From Candidatus Avispirillum sp. (GTDB lineage Bacteria > Bacillota > Clostridia > Oscillospirales > CAG-272), in assembly GCA_045656825.1 (NCBI GenBank), contig JAZORY010000031.1, forward strand, positions 477 to 64,476: 64,000 bases of DNA, given 5' to 3'. The notes under the pieces were generated by a model. It saw only the letters and a program-made list of their open reading frames with translations. It was not told the DNA's origin and ran no database searches. The number at the start of each line of letters is the position of its first letter. Positions within the stretch are counted from its first letter, which is position 1. This document shows, in pieces, positions 35,019-44,992 of this stretch. A program made the position numbers and the translations under genes.

Positions 35019-36797
35019 TTAAAAGTCAGCTGAAATCAGCGTGGAAACGCCGTTGTCAGTTGTAATGTATTTGAATTCTGTCATATGTATTCCGCAGCCA
35101 ATGAGGCGCTCCTTGCAGGTTGCGCCGTATTCGCGTCTGGCGGCAGGATTTGTGTATCTTTTTTCGGGATTAAAGAGCATAATCTCGCATGTGCATCCTG
35201 CTCCGGCGCCGCCAAACATCGCAGGCACAGCGCAATATTCGGAGAGGGAAATGGGATCTATGTTGGACGTAACAAATTTGATCGTAACGTTCATGGCTTC
35301 CGAAACGATTCTTATAAGATCAGTGATCTTTTTGTCGTTTTCAACTGTTGGTGCAGATGCAAATTTGTTAAAGGCTGCCTCAAGCTCAACGGGAGAGGAT
35401 ATGCTGTAATAGGAAAAACCTCTGTCCTCGCGGGGATCATACCAAACAAGAGTACATCTGTTTCCTCTGGAGAGCTCACGTTTGATTGCGGATAGTGTTA
35501 TTTCAACTATTCCGTCAGCGCAGAACTCAGCCATATCGTCCTCATATTCGCTTTTGGGTTTTCCGCCCCACGACATTACAGCATCGTCGAGCAAAGGAGA
35601 GTCTTCGTCTCCGGTCAGTTCATTGATGCTTTCATAAAGCTTGTCAATAACGGCTTTTTCGGCTGCTTCCTCTGCTGCGAGTTTTTCGAGAATAGACTCT
35701 TTTTTCTGAAGGAATTCAGCATTTCTTTCCTTCTTCTGCGCTTCCTTAAATGCTTTTCTGCGCTTAGCTGAGGCAAAGGCTGTGTCGCTGATAAGACGGT
35801 CGATCGCATCAATGGTTTCCATTGTGCTGTCATCTGCTCTTGATCTGCGTCTGCGTTCCTTTTTTGCTTTTTTGGTAAACAAGCCTTTGAGTCCGATTTT
35901 GAGTTTTTTGCCGATTTTTTCAGCCTCGTCTAAAGCCACTACGAAGGCAGCATCGCGAAGTCGAATTTTTTTCTTTTCTTTAAGCTTAAGCGATTTTTTC
36001 ATCTGCTTGATAGCAGTTTGGCGCTTTATCTCGGGACATGGTGTGGCAGCTGCAAGGTCTGCGAAAATATAAACGTTGCGATCGCGATTTATGCTGAAGT
36101 CCTTGACCTGCAATTCCTCTGTTTTGGAGGAAAGCTTCCAGTGAATAGTTTTCTGAGAGTCTCCCTGCCTGTATTCGCGAATATTTGCTGCCTCTGCCAT
36201 TTCAGCAGTTACAGTTGGCGCGTGTACAGAGGGCATTTCGGTGTAGGCGTGATGGTCTTCGCTTGAAACGTTTAACATTCTCGGAAAAACAAGAACGTTG
36301 CTGTAATTATCGATTACAACTCTCATTCTCACAAGTCTGAGCATATCGCAAACGTAAATGTCGCTGACGCCTATTTCATAAAGACCTCTGTATCTGAAAG
36401 AAATCTGCTTGTTGATAATATAGCCGCCAAAGGGTGCAAGTGAGAGATAAATTTTTCTCTTAAGGCAGCGAATTCCGTCATCTCTCGGTTGAGTTATATA
36501 AGCCTCAACAAAGGGATAGGGAATGGGCGCATTGTTTATAACTCTGATTTCGTATCCTACCAATTGATCCTTTTCAACCCTTGCAGCATCACTTGAAACG
36601 TATACCTGAATAGCTGAACAGCCGATACGCGCACAAATAATAGACACTATGGGCAAAAGGAACAAAAACCAGAAGAGAATTGCGGAAATCGGATGGCGCA
36701 TAGCCTGAGTGGCAAGAAAAGAAATAATAAGGAGAATTGCATATAGCCACGATCCGCCAAGAAGCTGAAAATGTCGTCCGCTTTCTTTGTTATTCAT
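35019..36797 (-). CDS. DUF58 domain protein
   Basis: YRGLYEIG, IREYRQGDSQKTIHWKLSSK..L.VK; downstream of MoxR. Confidence 0.88.
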   Translation of the reverse strand: MNNKESGRHFQLLGGSWLYAILLIISFLATQAMRHPISAILFWFLFLLPIVSIICARIGCSAIQVYVSSDAARVEKDQLVGYEIRVINNAPIPYPFVEAYITQPRDDGIRCLKRKIYLSLAPFGGYIINKQISFRYRGLYEIGVSDIYVCDMLRLVRMRVVIDNYSNVLVFPRMLNVSSEDHHAYTEMPSVHAPTVTAEMAEAANIREYRQGDSQKTIHWKLSSKTEELQVKDFSINRDRNVYIFADLAAATPCPEIKRQTAIKQMKKSLKLKEKKKIRLRDAAFVVALDEAEKIGKKLKIGLKGLFTKKAKKERRRRSRADDSTMETIDAIDRLISDTAFASAKRRKAFKEAQKKERNAEFLQKKESILEKLAAEEAAEKAVIDKLYESINELTGDEDSPLLDDAVMSWGGKPKSEYEDDMAEFCADGIVEITLSAIKRELSRGNRCTLVWYDPREDRGFSYYSISSPVELEAAFNKFASAPTVENDKKITDLIRIVSEAMNVTIKFVTSNIDPISLSEYCAVPAMFGGAGAGCTCEIMLFNPEKRYTNPAARREYGATCKERLIGCGIHMTEFKYITTDNGVSTLISADF

Positions 36798-36812
36798 ATA
36801 ATGATCCTTTGC

Positions 36813-37778
36813 TTATCTACCTGTTTTGAAGGGAACCTCAACACCCTTGAACGCTTCCTTAATAGCATCCTCAGCGCTAACGCGATTAAGACGTGCATCC
36901 TGGCTGAGAACGATTCTGTGAGTGATGGCGCTTGCAAACAAAGCTGCAACGTCCTCTGCAATAACGTAATCGCGTCCGTTAATAAGAGCGTATGCCTGGC
37001 TGAGTCTCATAAGAGCGAGAGAAGCTCTGGGAGAAGCGCCGAGAGAGATTGATTTTGAATGTCTTGTGGCATTGATCAGCTGAACGATATATCGGCTGAT
37101 CTCTCCTGAAACGCGAACCTCGGAGGCCTCTTTGATCATAGCCTTGATCTCATCTGCATCAGTAACGGAAACGACGTCATCTATGGGGTTAACACCCTTT
37201 CTGGCAGAAAGGATCATCATTTCCTCAGTTTCTGTGGGATATCCCATAGAAAGTCTGAGAGAGAATCGGTCAAGCTGCGCTTCAGGAAGCGGATATGTAC
37301 CAACGTATCCGCTGGGGTTCTGAGTTGCGATAACCATAAAGGGCTGAGGAATAGCATAAGTGCTTCCGTCAACAGTTACCTTTTTTTCTTCCATAGCTTC
37401 AAGAAGGGCAGACTGAGTTTTAGGTGAAGCACGGTTGATCTCGTCTGCAAGCATAATGTTGCACATAACGAGACCCTCTCTGAATTCAAAATTTTCTTTT
37501 GCGCGGTTGTAGATGTTAAAGCCTGTAATGTCGGAGGCCATAACGTCAGGGGTGAACTGAGCGCGGTTGAATTCAAGTCCGCAAGCCTTGGAAAGCGCGG
37601 AAGCAAGTGTTGTTTTGCCTGTACCGGGAACGTCTTCAATAAGAACGTGTCCGCCTGCAAGGAGTGCACAGATCAGCATAGTGATCTCGTTTTTCTTACC
37701 AACAACTACTTTTTCAACCTCTGCAATAAGGCGAGAGATGGTTTCTGTTGTTTTTGTTGTAACCTGATTGTTTTCCAT
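36813..37778 (-). CDS. MoxR family AAA+ ATPase
   Basis: GHVLIEDVPGTGKT, QFTPD, ADEINRASPKTQSALLEAMEE, GTYPLPEAQLDRF, GASPR. Confidence 0.95.
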   Translation of the reverse strand: MENNQVTTKTTETISRLIAEVEKVVVGKKNEITMLICALLAGGHVLIEDVPGTGKTTLASALSKACGLEFNRAQFTPDVMASDITGFNIYNRAKENFEFREGLVMCNIMLADEINRASPKTQSALLEAMEEKKVTVDGSTYAIPQPFMVIATQNPSGYVGTYPLPEAQLDRFSLRLSMGYPTETEEMMILSARKGVNPIDDVVSVTDADEIKAMIKEASEVRVSGEISRYIVQLINATRHSKSISLGASPRASLALMRLSQAYALINGRDYVIAEDVAALFASAITHRIVLSQDARLNRVSAEDAIKEAFKGVEVPFKTGR

Positions 37779-37829
37779 AAATATAACTCCGTTCTGCTTT
37801 TAAGCACGAATATACAAATATACACAGTA

Positions 37830-37858
37830 ATTATAACATTGTGGCAAGCTAAATGCAA
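37830..37858 (-). promoter_or_regulatory. sigmaA-type promoter for the moxR operon
   Basis: TTGCAT-N17-TATAAT with TG extension on the minus strand. Confidence 0.6.
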
Positions 37859-37970
37859 CAAAACGAACAAATTAAGAGAAGTCAAAATGTTAATTTTTAT
37901 CATTTCATGTGAATAATCCTCTGAATGAGGTTAAATAATGACGTATAGAACAGAGAAAGGAGATCAAGAA

Positions 37971-38498
37971 ATGGAATTAAAGGGGTCAAGAACAGAAGCG
38001 AATCTTCTTGCTGCATTTGCAGGAGAAAGTCAGGCAAGAAACAAATATAATTTTTATGCAGCAAAGGCAAGGGAAGAGGGGTATCGCCATATAGCTGATA
38101 TTTTTGAGGAAACAGCTTATAACGAAACCGCTCATGCTGAAATATGGTTTAAGCTTCTTCGAGGGATAGGTACAACGTCGGAAAATCTCCAAAAAGCTCT
38201 TGAAGGAGAAAATTTTGAATGGACGGATATGTACGCTCAGTTTGAGCGTGAAGCGAGGGAAGAGGGATTTGATTATATTGCTGATCTTTTCAAAGGGGTT
38301 GCTGAAATAGAAAAGCAGCACGAAATCAGATACAAAGCATATCGTGATGCGATTGAAAATAATAAGGTTTTCGCAAGCGAAGCTGAAATCGAATGGCAGT
38401 GTATGAATTGCGGACACGTTCATAAGGGAACTCTTCCTCCGGAGGTCTGTCCTGTCTGCTCTCATCAAAAAAGCTATTTTAAGAAAAATGAAATGTAA
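37971..38498 (+). CDS. rbr: Rubrerythrin
   Basis: AFAGESQARNKY, NETAHA, EKQHE, C-terminal CMNCG...CPVC. Confidence 0.94.
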   Translation: MELKGSRTEANLLAAFAGESQARNKYNFYAAKAREEGYRHIADIFEETAYNETAHAEIWFKLLRGIGTTSENLQKALEGENFEWTDMYAQFEREAREEGFDYIADLFKGVAEIEKQHEIRYKAYRDAIENNKVFASEAEIEWQCMNCGHVHKGTLPPEVCPVCSHQKSYFKKNEM

Positions 38499-38524
38499 AA
38501 AAGAGGCCACAAAAGCCTCTTTTT
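38497..38524 (+). terminator. Terminator after rubrerythrin
   Basis: AAAAAAGAGGC-cacaaaa-GCCTCTTTTT. Confidence 0.65.
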
Positions 38525-38594
38525 CGTTGTAAGCTATTGCATTTTGTAAAACAATATCTTATAATGTATGAATAATTACTTTCCAGGAGTTTTT

Positions 38595-39521
38595 ATGAGA
38601 GAATATATAAAGAATTTCTTTGATGAATTCGAATATCCCGAGGAAGCTAAAGCAGTTCTTTTTGATGCGTTTGAAAAAATATACAACTGTGAGTCCGCAT
38701 GGGCATATTTTGATGCGCTGATAAAGAATTATGAGGAAACAGATAAGTTCAGCGGCGGTCAGACTCTAAATGATGCAACTCTTGCCGCAAGAGAAGCCGG
38801 AGTTCTTGACGATCAGGGAACGCTTCTCATTTTCTGCTGCTATTCAAAGCATCTTCGTGAAATGTACATAAAGAATGGAATCGACACAAAGATCTGGTAT
38901 GATTCTATGTGCGATCTTAGATATAAAGCAATCGAATGTTTCAAGGTAAGAGGCTATTGGGGAAGCTTTGTTTCAGGCTGGTTCCCCGGATTCTTCAGCC
39001 TTGACCGCTTTGCCCTCGGCAGACTTCAGTTTGAAAAATCTGCTTATGGCGAAGAAAAGATTGTATATGATAAGCACGGTCTGAATATCAAGCACGGAGA
39101 TCCTGTGCTTGAGGTACACATTCCCTCAAGCGGCAGAATGCCCTATGAGGAGGTTATGGCATCCTATAAGATGGCATATGAGTTTTTCCCGGAGTTTCAT
39201 ATGAACGGGCTCCTTCCCATCTGCGGCGCATCCTGGCTTTTCCATAAGGGAGTGTTCGGATCTGTTAAGAAGGGAACAAACGTTGATAAGTTCATAAACG
39301 ATTATGAGGTTATCACAGCGTGGGACACACCTGATTTCCCTGACTGTTGGAGAATTTTTGATAAAGGTTATACAGGCAATCCCGATGATCTTCCCAGCTC
39401 AGGCAGTCTTCGTCAGGGTATCGTAGATTACCTTAAGGCAGGCGGCGTTATGGGTGAAGGCTTTGCAATTTTGATTTTTGACGGCGAAAAATGCGTTAAT
39501 AACGGAGGATATAATATATGA
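38595..39521 (+). CDS. DUF5596/GNAT-like acyltransferase-domain protein
   Basis: FALGRLQFE, LEVHIPS, C.SWL, GSLR motifs; AGGAG RBS. Confidence 0.7.
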   Translation: MREYIKNFFDEFEYPEEAKAVLFDAFEKIYNCESAWAYFDALIKNYEETDKFSGGQTLNDATLAAREAGVLDDQGTLLIFCCYSKHLREMYIKNGIDTKIWYDSMCDLRYKAIECFKVRGYWGSFVSGWFPGFFSLDRFALGRLQFEKSAYGEEKIVYDKHGLNIKHGDPVLEVHIPSSGRMPYEEVMASYKMAYEFFPEFHMNGLLPICGASWLFHKGVFGSVKKGTNVDKFINDYEVITAWDTPDFPDCWRIFDKGYTGNPDDLPSSGSLRQGIVDYLKAGGVMGEGFAILIFDGEKCVNNGGYNI

Positions 39522-39787
39522 GAGCAATTGTTTCAGTAATCGGTAAGGATACGTACGGTATTCTTGCAAAGGTAAGCGCTGTTTGCAGCGAAAATAAAGC
39601 AAATATCATTGACGTAACACAGTCTGTTCTTCAGGAAATGTTCGCAATGGTAATGATGGTTGATATTTCTGCACCTGAATGTGATTTCTCCGCATTCAAG
39701 GCTTCTCTTGAGAAAACAGGCGAGGAGATCGGTATGCAGATCAATATTATGCACGAGGATATCTTCAACTCAATGCACCGCATCTGA
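39518..39787 (+). CDS. ACT domain protein (UPF0237)
   Basis: SVIGKD..GILAKVS, NIIDVTQ, HEDIFNSMHRI. Confidence 0.92.
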   Translation: MRAIVSVIGKDTYGILAKVSAVCSENKANIIDVTQSVLQEMFAMVMMVDISAPECDFSAFKASLEKTGEEIGMQINIMHEDIFNSMHRI

Positions 39788-39814
39788 GTGATCTGAGGTT
39801 AAAGGAGAAGAACA

Positions 39815-41170
39815 ATGCTTAATATTGGCGATATTATGGAAACTATCAAGATGATCCAGAACGAGAATCTTGATATCAGAACAATAACAATGGGAATCTC
39901 TCTGCTTGATTGTGCCGATCCCGATATTGATCGCGCTTGTGAAAAGGTCTATAACAAGATCGTAACAAAGGCAGGAAAGCTTGTTGAGGTTGGTGAGGAA
40001 ATTTCCAAGCTCTACGGTATTCCGATCATCAATAAGAGAGTTTCTGTAACCCCTATTTCAATGCTCGTTGCGTCAAGCGGCGGCGACCCTGTGAAGTACG
40101 CGCTCGCACTTAACCGCGCGGCTGAAGCAATCGGCGTAAACTTCATCGGCGGATTTTCCGCTCTCGTTCATAAGGGCTTTTCCGCAGGCGATAAGGAGCT
40201 TATTGCGGCAATCCCCGAAGCTATGGCAAAAACAACAAGAGTTTGCTCCTCTGTAAACGTTGGCTCAACAAAGGCTGGTATCAATATGGATGCCGTTGCT
40301 ATGATGGGTCATATCGTTCGTGAGGCGGCAGAAAAAACTGTAGATGCTGATTGTATGGGCGCCGCAAAGATCGTAGTTCTTTGCAATGCTCCCGAGGATA
40401 ACCCCTTTATGGCAGGAGCATTCCATGGCGTTGGTGAACCTGACTGCGTTATTAACGTAGGTGTTTCCGGCCCCGGTGTTGTAAGAAGCGTTCTTGAAAA
40501 GCATCCCGATGAAGATTTAAACCAGGTAGCAGATCTCATTAAGAAAACAGCATTTAAGATCACAAGAGTTGGTCAGCTTGTAGGTACAGAAGCATCCAAG
40601 AGACTTGGCGTGCCCTTCGGTATTATCGATCTTTCTCTTGCACCCACCCCCGCAGTTGGCGACTCCGTTGCTCACATTCTTGAGGCAATGGGTCTTGAGC
40701 AGTGCGGCACACACGGCACAACAGCATGCCTTGCAATGCTTAACGACGCAGTTAAGAAGGGCGGCGTAATGGCTTCTTCTAACGTAGGCGGTCTTTCCGG
40801 CGCATTTATCCCTGTTTCCGAGGACGCAGGTATGATCGACGCTGCAAGAGCAGGCACACTCACTCTTGAAAAGCTTGAAGCAATGACAAGCGTTTGCTCC
40901 GTAGGTCTTGATATGATAGTAATCCCCGGCGAAACACCTGCTGAGGTTATCTCAGCAATCATTGCAGACGAAGCTGCCATCGGTATGGTAAACTTTAAGA
41001 CAACAGCAGTAAGAGTTATCCCCGCAATCGGCAGAAAAGAAGGGGAAGAGCTTGAATTCGGCGGCCTCTTCGGTAGCGGCCCCGTAATGAAGATCAACGA
41101 TAAATCTCCTGCAAAGTTCATTGCCCGCGGCGGCAGAATCCCTGCACCTATGCAGGCACTTAAGAACTAA
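39815..41170 (+). CDS. PFL-like protein UPF0210/DUF711
   Basis: [49 protein letters not shown]. Confidence 0.93.
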   Translation: MLNIGDIMETIKMIQNENLDIRTITMGISLLDCADPDIDRACEKVYNKIVTKAGKLVEVGEEISKLYGIPIINKRVSVTPISMLVASSGGDPVKYALALNRAAEAIGVNFIGGFSALVHKGFSAGDKELIAAIPEAMAKTTRVCSSVNVGSTKAGINMDAVAMMGHIVREAAEKTVDADCMGAAKIVVLCNAPEDNPFMAGAFHGVGEPDCVINVGVSGPGVVRSVLEKHPDEDLNQVADLIKKTAFKITRVGQLVGTEASKRLGVPFGIIDLSLAPTPAVGDSVAHILEAMGLEQCGTHGTTACLAMLNDAVKKGGVMASSNVGGLSGAFIPVSEDAGMIDAARAGTLTLEKLEAMTSVCSVGLDMIVIPGETPAEVISAIIADEAAIGMVNFKTTAVRVIPAIGRKEGEELEFGGLFGSGPVMKINDKSPAKFIARGGRIPAPMQALKN

Positions 41171-41180
41171 ATGACTAAAC

Positions 41181-41217
41181 AAAAATCCGACGAGATAATT
41201 TATCTCGTCGGATTTTC
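41181..41217. terminator. Bidirectional terminator
   Basis: AAAATCCGACGAGATA-att-TATCTCGTCGGATTTT. Confidence 0.8.
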
Positions 41218-41219
41218 TA

Positions 41220-42584
41220 TTATTGATATAATATCATACTGTAATTGTCTTCCTCGTAATTATACTTGCTGGTGTAAACCTTGCCATCGGTAATGTCTAC
41301 GTATAAAGTATCTCCTTCTGTAGGAACATATCCACTTGAATATCTTTCTTTGTCATATTCAATAAAATTATATGTTGTAATTTTATAATAATATTTTTCG
41401 TTGATATTTTTGAGTTGGAGAAGGCAATCATAAACGGTATCATCTTGATGCTTGTCATATACATTCATAACGTTTTCAATGGCCTTAAATGCATCAATGG
41501 TAATTTCGTTAGATGCGAGTGGTGTGTACGGCTCTATTCGTTCAGGAGTGTGTCCTGAATCATTTGTGTAGATTGGCCTATAAATTTCTCCGGTGTTTAG
41601 TGAAACATATACGTTGTTTGAGGAACTGAATTTCACTCTGAAATATTCATCACCCGCCAAATGTTCAGGATCACCTGACGTTACGTACGGTATGATATTA
41701 CAATATACGTCATTGCCTAATGTGGGTATCGTAAATGCATCATGAATTACAGTATATACTGCTTCATCTTTGGTATATCCAAATGCATCTGCAAGGATTT
41801 TTACTGCATCGTCGGGTGTATACGTTGTGTTGGGTGTTGAATCCTTACAGTAAAGGAATTTAAAACTGTTATTCTGTATTTCAATAGCGATTGTGAAATA
41901 TATATAGCATATGTCGCTGTATGATTCGGTGCCGATTGCGTCTACTATATAAACATTGTCATCGTTTTTTGTTATGTTGGAAATGTGTACAGATTGCCCA
42001 CCTCTTGCTTCAAGAGAGATATTATAATTGCCATTCCCATCGTAAAAACGCTTTGAAAGAGTATGGTCCGGGATAATGTCAAAATGTTCTTTCAACCATC
42101 CGTCTACGACATCAATTGGAATTGAGTGGTTATCGTAATAATCGTTTGAGTTTTCAGTATTGTATTGAGTGTATTTTTCGTTTACGGTATCGTTTTCTCT
42201 AACGTAAAATTCATTGAATATGAAATATTCGATGTATCCATCGGGATTTACTGTGTCGCCTTGTTCAAAATAGGGGGCGAAAATACTTGAGTAATAGTTT
42301 TTTGCACATTTTTTACATAATTCGATTGGATCAATATCGCCTTCTACAGAAGCATCAGTTTCGGTAGTTTCAGTATCAGTTGATTTTGAGTCGGATGTGT
42401 CTGCTTCGGTAGAATCGAGATTATTTGTTGTTTCTGAAATTTCTGAGGTTACTTCATTGCCTGAGTCTGTTGCTTCAGTAATGTTTGTGTCAGAATCGGT
42501 ATGTGTGCATCCAACACAAAAAGCTATCATAAAAAGTGTTGTTATAAAAATAAATATTTTTTTGATCACTTTATTTGTTAACAT
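41220..42584 (-). CDS. AT-rich hypothetical lipoprotein
   Basis: GGAGG RBS, lipobox CVGC, S/T/D/E linker, Tyr/Asn-rich body; own TTGACA-N18-TATCAT promoter at 42635-42664. Confidence 0.7.
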   Translation of the reverse strand: MLTNKVIKKIFIFITTLFMIAFCVGCTHTDSDTNITEATDSGNEVTSEISETTNNLDSTEADTSDSKSTDTETTETDASVEGDIDPIELCKKCAKNYYSSIFAPYFEQGDTVNPDGYIEYFIFNEFYVRENDTVNEKYTQYNTENSNDYYDNHSIPIDVVDGWLKEHFDIIPDHTLSKRFYDGNGNYNISLEARGGQSVHISNITKNDDNVYIVDAIGTESYSDICYIYFTIAIEIQNNSFKFLYCKDSTPNTTYTPDDAVKILADAFGYTKDEAVYTVIHDAFTIPTLGNDVYCNIIPYVTSGDPEHLAGDEYFRVKFSSSNNVYVSLNTGEIYRPIYTNDSGHTPERIEPYTPLASNEITIDAFKAIENVMNVYDKHQDDTVYDCLLQLKNINEKYYYKITTYNFIEYDKERYSSGYVPTEGDTLYVDITDGKVYTSKYNYEEDNYSMILYQ

Positions 42585-42716
42585 AATAGCCCCTCCATTA
42601 AATAAAAATTAGCGATGAAACTATCTCCAAAATAATGATACCACACCGATAGAATTATTGTCAATTGGAGGATAAAGAATATGTAACAAAAAATTAAAAA
42701 ACTTTCAAAAAGGGTA

Positions 42717-42745
42717 TTGACAAGACGGAGAGGGTAGGGTATAAT
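42717..42745 (+). promoter_or_regulatory. sigmaA promoter of infC-rpmI-rplT
   Basis: TTGACA-N17-TATAAT. Confidence 0.8.
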
Positions 42746-42754
42746 AGCGGAGTA

Positions 42755-42880
42755 AAAGGAAGAAGAACGCTCCGTTCTCACCGTGCCGAAGAAGTCGAGC
42801 ATCGGTCCAATATTTGATTTTCACCCGATTCGGGCGGAATTTGGATGTTTGCGGAGCTAAAAGCTTCGCAATTTTTATTT
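42755..42880 (+). ncRNA. Ribosomal protein L20 leader
   Basis: AGAAC-gctcc-GTTCTCACC motif upstream of infC, ending in a TTGCGGAGCT-aaa-AGCTTCGCAA-TTTTTATTTT terminator. Confidence 0.7.
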
Positions 42881-42901
42881 TATTATCGGGGGTGTTCCAC
42901 C

Positions 42902-43468
42902 ATAAGCGCTAAAGAGCTTCTCATCAATGATGACATCAGAGCTAAAGAGGTAAGACTTCTCGACTCTCAGGGCGAGCAGGTAGGCATTATGAGCCTCAAC
43001 GAAGCAAAGGACTTTGCTTACGAGCAGGGTGTTGACCTTGTTTGTATCGCACCTCAGGCAACTCCGCCTGTATGCCGTGCAATGGACTACGGTAAGTACC
43101 GTTACGAGCAGGACAAGAGAGTAAAAGAGCAGAGAAAGAAACAGCAGGTAGTTGAAATCAAAGAAGTTCAGCTTTCTTGCAGAATCGACAAGCACGACTT
43201 TGATACTAAGGCAAACAGAGCTATCAAGTTCCTTTCCGAAGGTAACAAGGTTAGAGTATGTCTCCGCTTCAAGGGAAGAGAAATGGCTCACCAGGAGCTT
43301 GGTAAGGAAGTAATTGCCAGATTCCAGGAAGCATGCGCAGAGGTTTCCACCGTTGATAAGAAACCTGCACTTGAGGGCAGACAGATGATCATGTTCCTCA
43401 CTCCCTTAAAGCAGGGTAAAAACAGCGAAAAGGCTGCAAAGCAGGAAACTGCAGAAGCAGCTGAATAA
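42902..43468 (+). CDS. infC: Translation initiation factor IF-3, non-canonical ATA start
   Basis: LINDDIRAKEVRL, PPVCRAMDYGKYRYE, FKGREMAH; GGGGTG RBS 7 nt before ATA. Confidence 0.95.
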   Translation: MSAKELLINDDIRAKEVRLLDSQGEQVGIMSLNEAKDFAYEQGVDLVCIAPQATPPVCRAMDYGKYRYEQDKRVKEQRKKQQVVEIKEVQLSCRIDKHDFDTKANRAIKFLSEGNKVRVCLRFKGREMAHQELGKEVIARFQEACAEVSTVDKKPALEGRQMIMFLTPLKQGKNSEKAAKQETAEAAE

Positions 43469-43498
43469 AAATCACAATATCGAAAGGACACACGAAAA

Positions 43499-43696
43499 AT
43501 GGGTAAGATCAAGACACATAAGGCATCTGCTAAGCGTTTCTCCGTAACAGGTACAGGTAAGGTTAAGATGCATCACAGCGCACACCGCCACAATCTCAGC
43601 ACAAACAAGACACAGAAGCAGAAGAGACATCTTCGTTCTGCTGGCTACGTTAGCCCTGCATTTGAGGCAAACATCAAGAGACTTATCATGAAATAA
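43499..43696 (+). CDS. rpmI: 50S ribosomal protein L35
   Basis: [20 protein letters not shown]. Confidence 0.96.
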   Translation: MGKIKTHKASAKRFSVTGTGKVKMHHSAHRHNLSTNKTQKQKRHLRSAGYVSPAFEANIKRLIMK

Positions 43697-43743
43697 GTCG
43701 AACGACGAAACTTTCAATTTATCAACAGAAAGGGAATATAAAG

Positions 43744-44097
43744 ATGGCAAGAGTTAAGGGCGCTATGATGACGCGCAAGAGAAGAAATAAAGTATTAAAG
43801 GCAGCTAAGGGTTACTGGGGTTCCAAGTCTAAGCACTTCAAGATGGCTAAGCAGGCTGTAATGAAGAGCGGTAACTATGCATACATCGGCAGAAAGCAGA
43901 AGAAGAGAGAATTCAGACAGCTCTGGATCGCTCGTATCTCCGCTGCAGCTAAGATGAACGGCATGAACTACTCCACATTCATGAACGGTCTCAAGAAGGC
44001 TGGCATCACTCTCAACAGAAAGATGCTCTCCGAGATCGCTATCGCTGATAAGGAAGCTTTCGCAGCTCTCGTTGAAAAGGCAAAGGCTGCTCTCTAA
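43744..44097 (+). CDS. rplT: 50S ribosomal protein L20
   Basis: [30 protein letters not shown]. Confidence 0.97.
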   Translation: MARVKGAMMTRKRRNKVLKAAKGYWGSKSKHFKMAKQAVMKSGNYAYIGRKQKKREFRQLWIARISAAAKMNGMNYSTFMNGLKKAGITLNRKMLSEIAIADKEAFAALVEKAKAAL

Positions 44098-44110
44098 TTT
44101 GAGATTTAAT

Positions 44111-44144
44111 AAGAACCCACACGCACACGCGTGCGGGTTCTTTT
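44111..44144 (+). terminator. Terminator after rplT
   Basis: AAGAACCCACACGC...GCGTGCGGGTTCTTTTT. Confidence 0.7.
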
Positions 44145-44154
44145 CATATCCATT

Positions 44155-44178
44155 GTAGAGGCGACTATCGGTCGCCGT
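44155..44178 (+). repeat. REP-like GTAG hairpin
   Basis: GTAG-A-GGCGAC-tatcg-GTCGCC. Confidence 0.4.
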
Positions 44179-44203
44179 CTGAAGAATTTTGGAGGGTTTT
44201 ATA

Positions 44204-44992
44204 ATGAAAACATACATTTCCTCAAGAACTAACGAAACAGTTGTGGCTCTGGCCAAGCTTAAGGATAAAAAAGAAAGAGATAACACAGGGCTCTATCTTT
44301 GCGAGGGCTATAAGCTTTGCACAGAGGCATGCGGTCTTGTGCAGGTGAAATATGCGCTTGTTCGCGAGAATAAGGCTGAGAATAAAGAGTATATTTCTCT
44401 TGCAGAAAACAGCGGAGGAGAGATTATTGTTCTTTCCGAAGGCGCCTTCGATAAAATAACAACTGATAAGGCATCTGACGGAATCATTTTCATAATAAAG
44501 AAAAATCCCGATGGAAAAATCAGTGCGAGTAGTATGGAGGGCGAGCGTATTTGTGCCCTTGATAACGTGCGAGATCCCGGTAACGTAGGAACTATACTTC
44601 GTAGCGCGGCTGCATTCGGATACGACAGAGTGCTTCTTTGGGGCTGTGCAGACTTGTATAATCCCAAGACTGTGAGAGCCTCTATGGGTGCATTATTCAA
44701 GGTTAAAACAACAGTGGTAGATGAACCCGTAAAACTCATAAAAGAGCTCCAGAACGGCGGCAGAAGGGTTATAGCAACTGCTTTGTCAAAGAATAGTATG
44801 ACTCTCGGCAAGGATAAGATATACGGTAGTGATTGTGCCGTTATCGGTAACGAGGGCCACGGTATTTCGGACGAGGTTCTGAACGTTTGCGATGCCACTA
44901 TGATCATTCCTATGAGCGGAAAAACGGAAAGCCTCAATGCAGCGGTTGCAGCAGCAGTTATTCTCTGGGAATATGGGAGAGAAGAGCTGTGA
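44204..44992 (+). CDS. TrmH/SpoU family RNA methyltransferase
   Basis: DPGNVGTILRSA, PKTVRASMGA, IGNEGHG, ESLNAAVA. Confidence 0.92.
   Translation: MKTYISSRTNETVVALAKLKDKKERDNTGLYLCEGYKLCTEACGLVQVKYALVRENKAENKEYISLAENSGGEIIVLSEGAFDKITTDKASDGIIFIIKKNPDGKISASSMEGERICALDNVRDPGNVGTILRSAAAFGYDRVLLWGCADLYNPKTVRASMGALFKVKTTVVDEPVKLIKELQNGGRRVIATALSKNSMTLGKDKIYGSDCAVIGNEGHGISDEVLNVCDATMIIPMSGKTESLNAAVAAAVILWEYGREEL

Noticed and set aside
37911..37940. sigmaG-like promoter before rubrerythrin (GAATA-N18-AATAATG)
   Set aside because: The -10 match is too weak in AT-rich DNA
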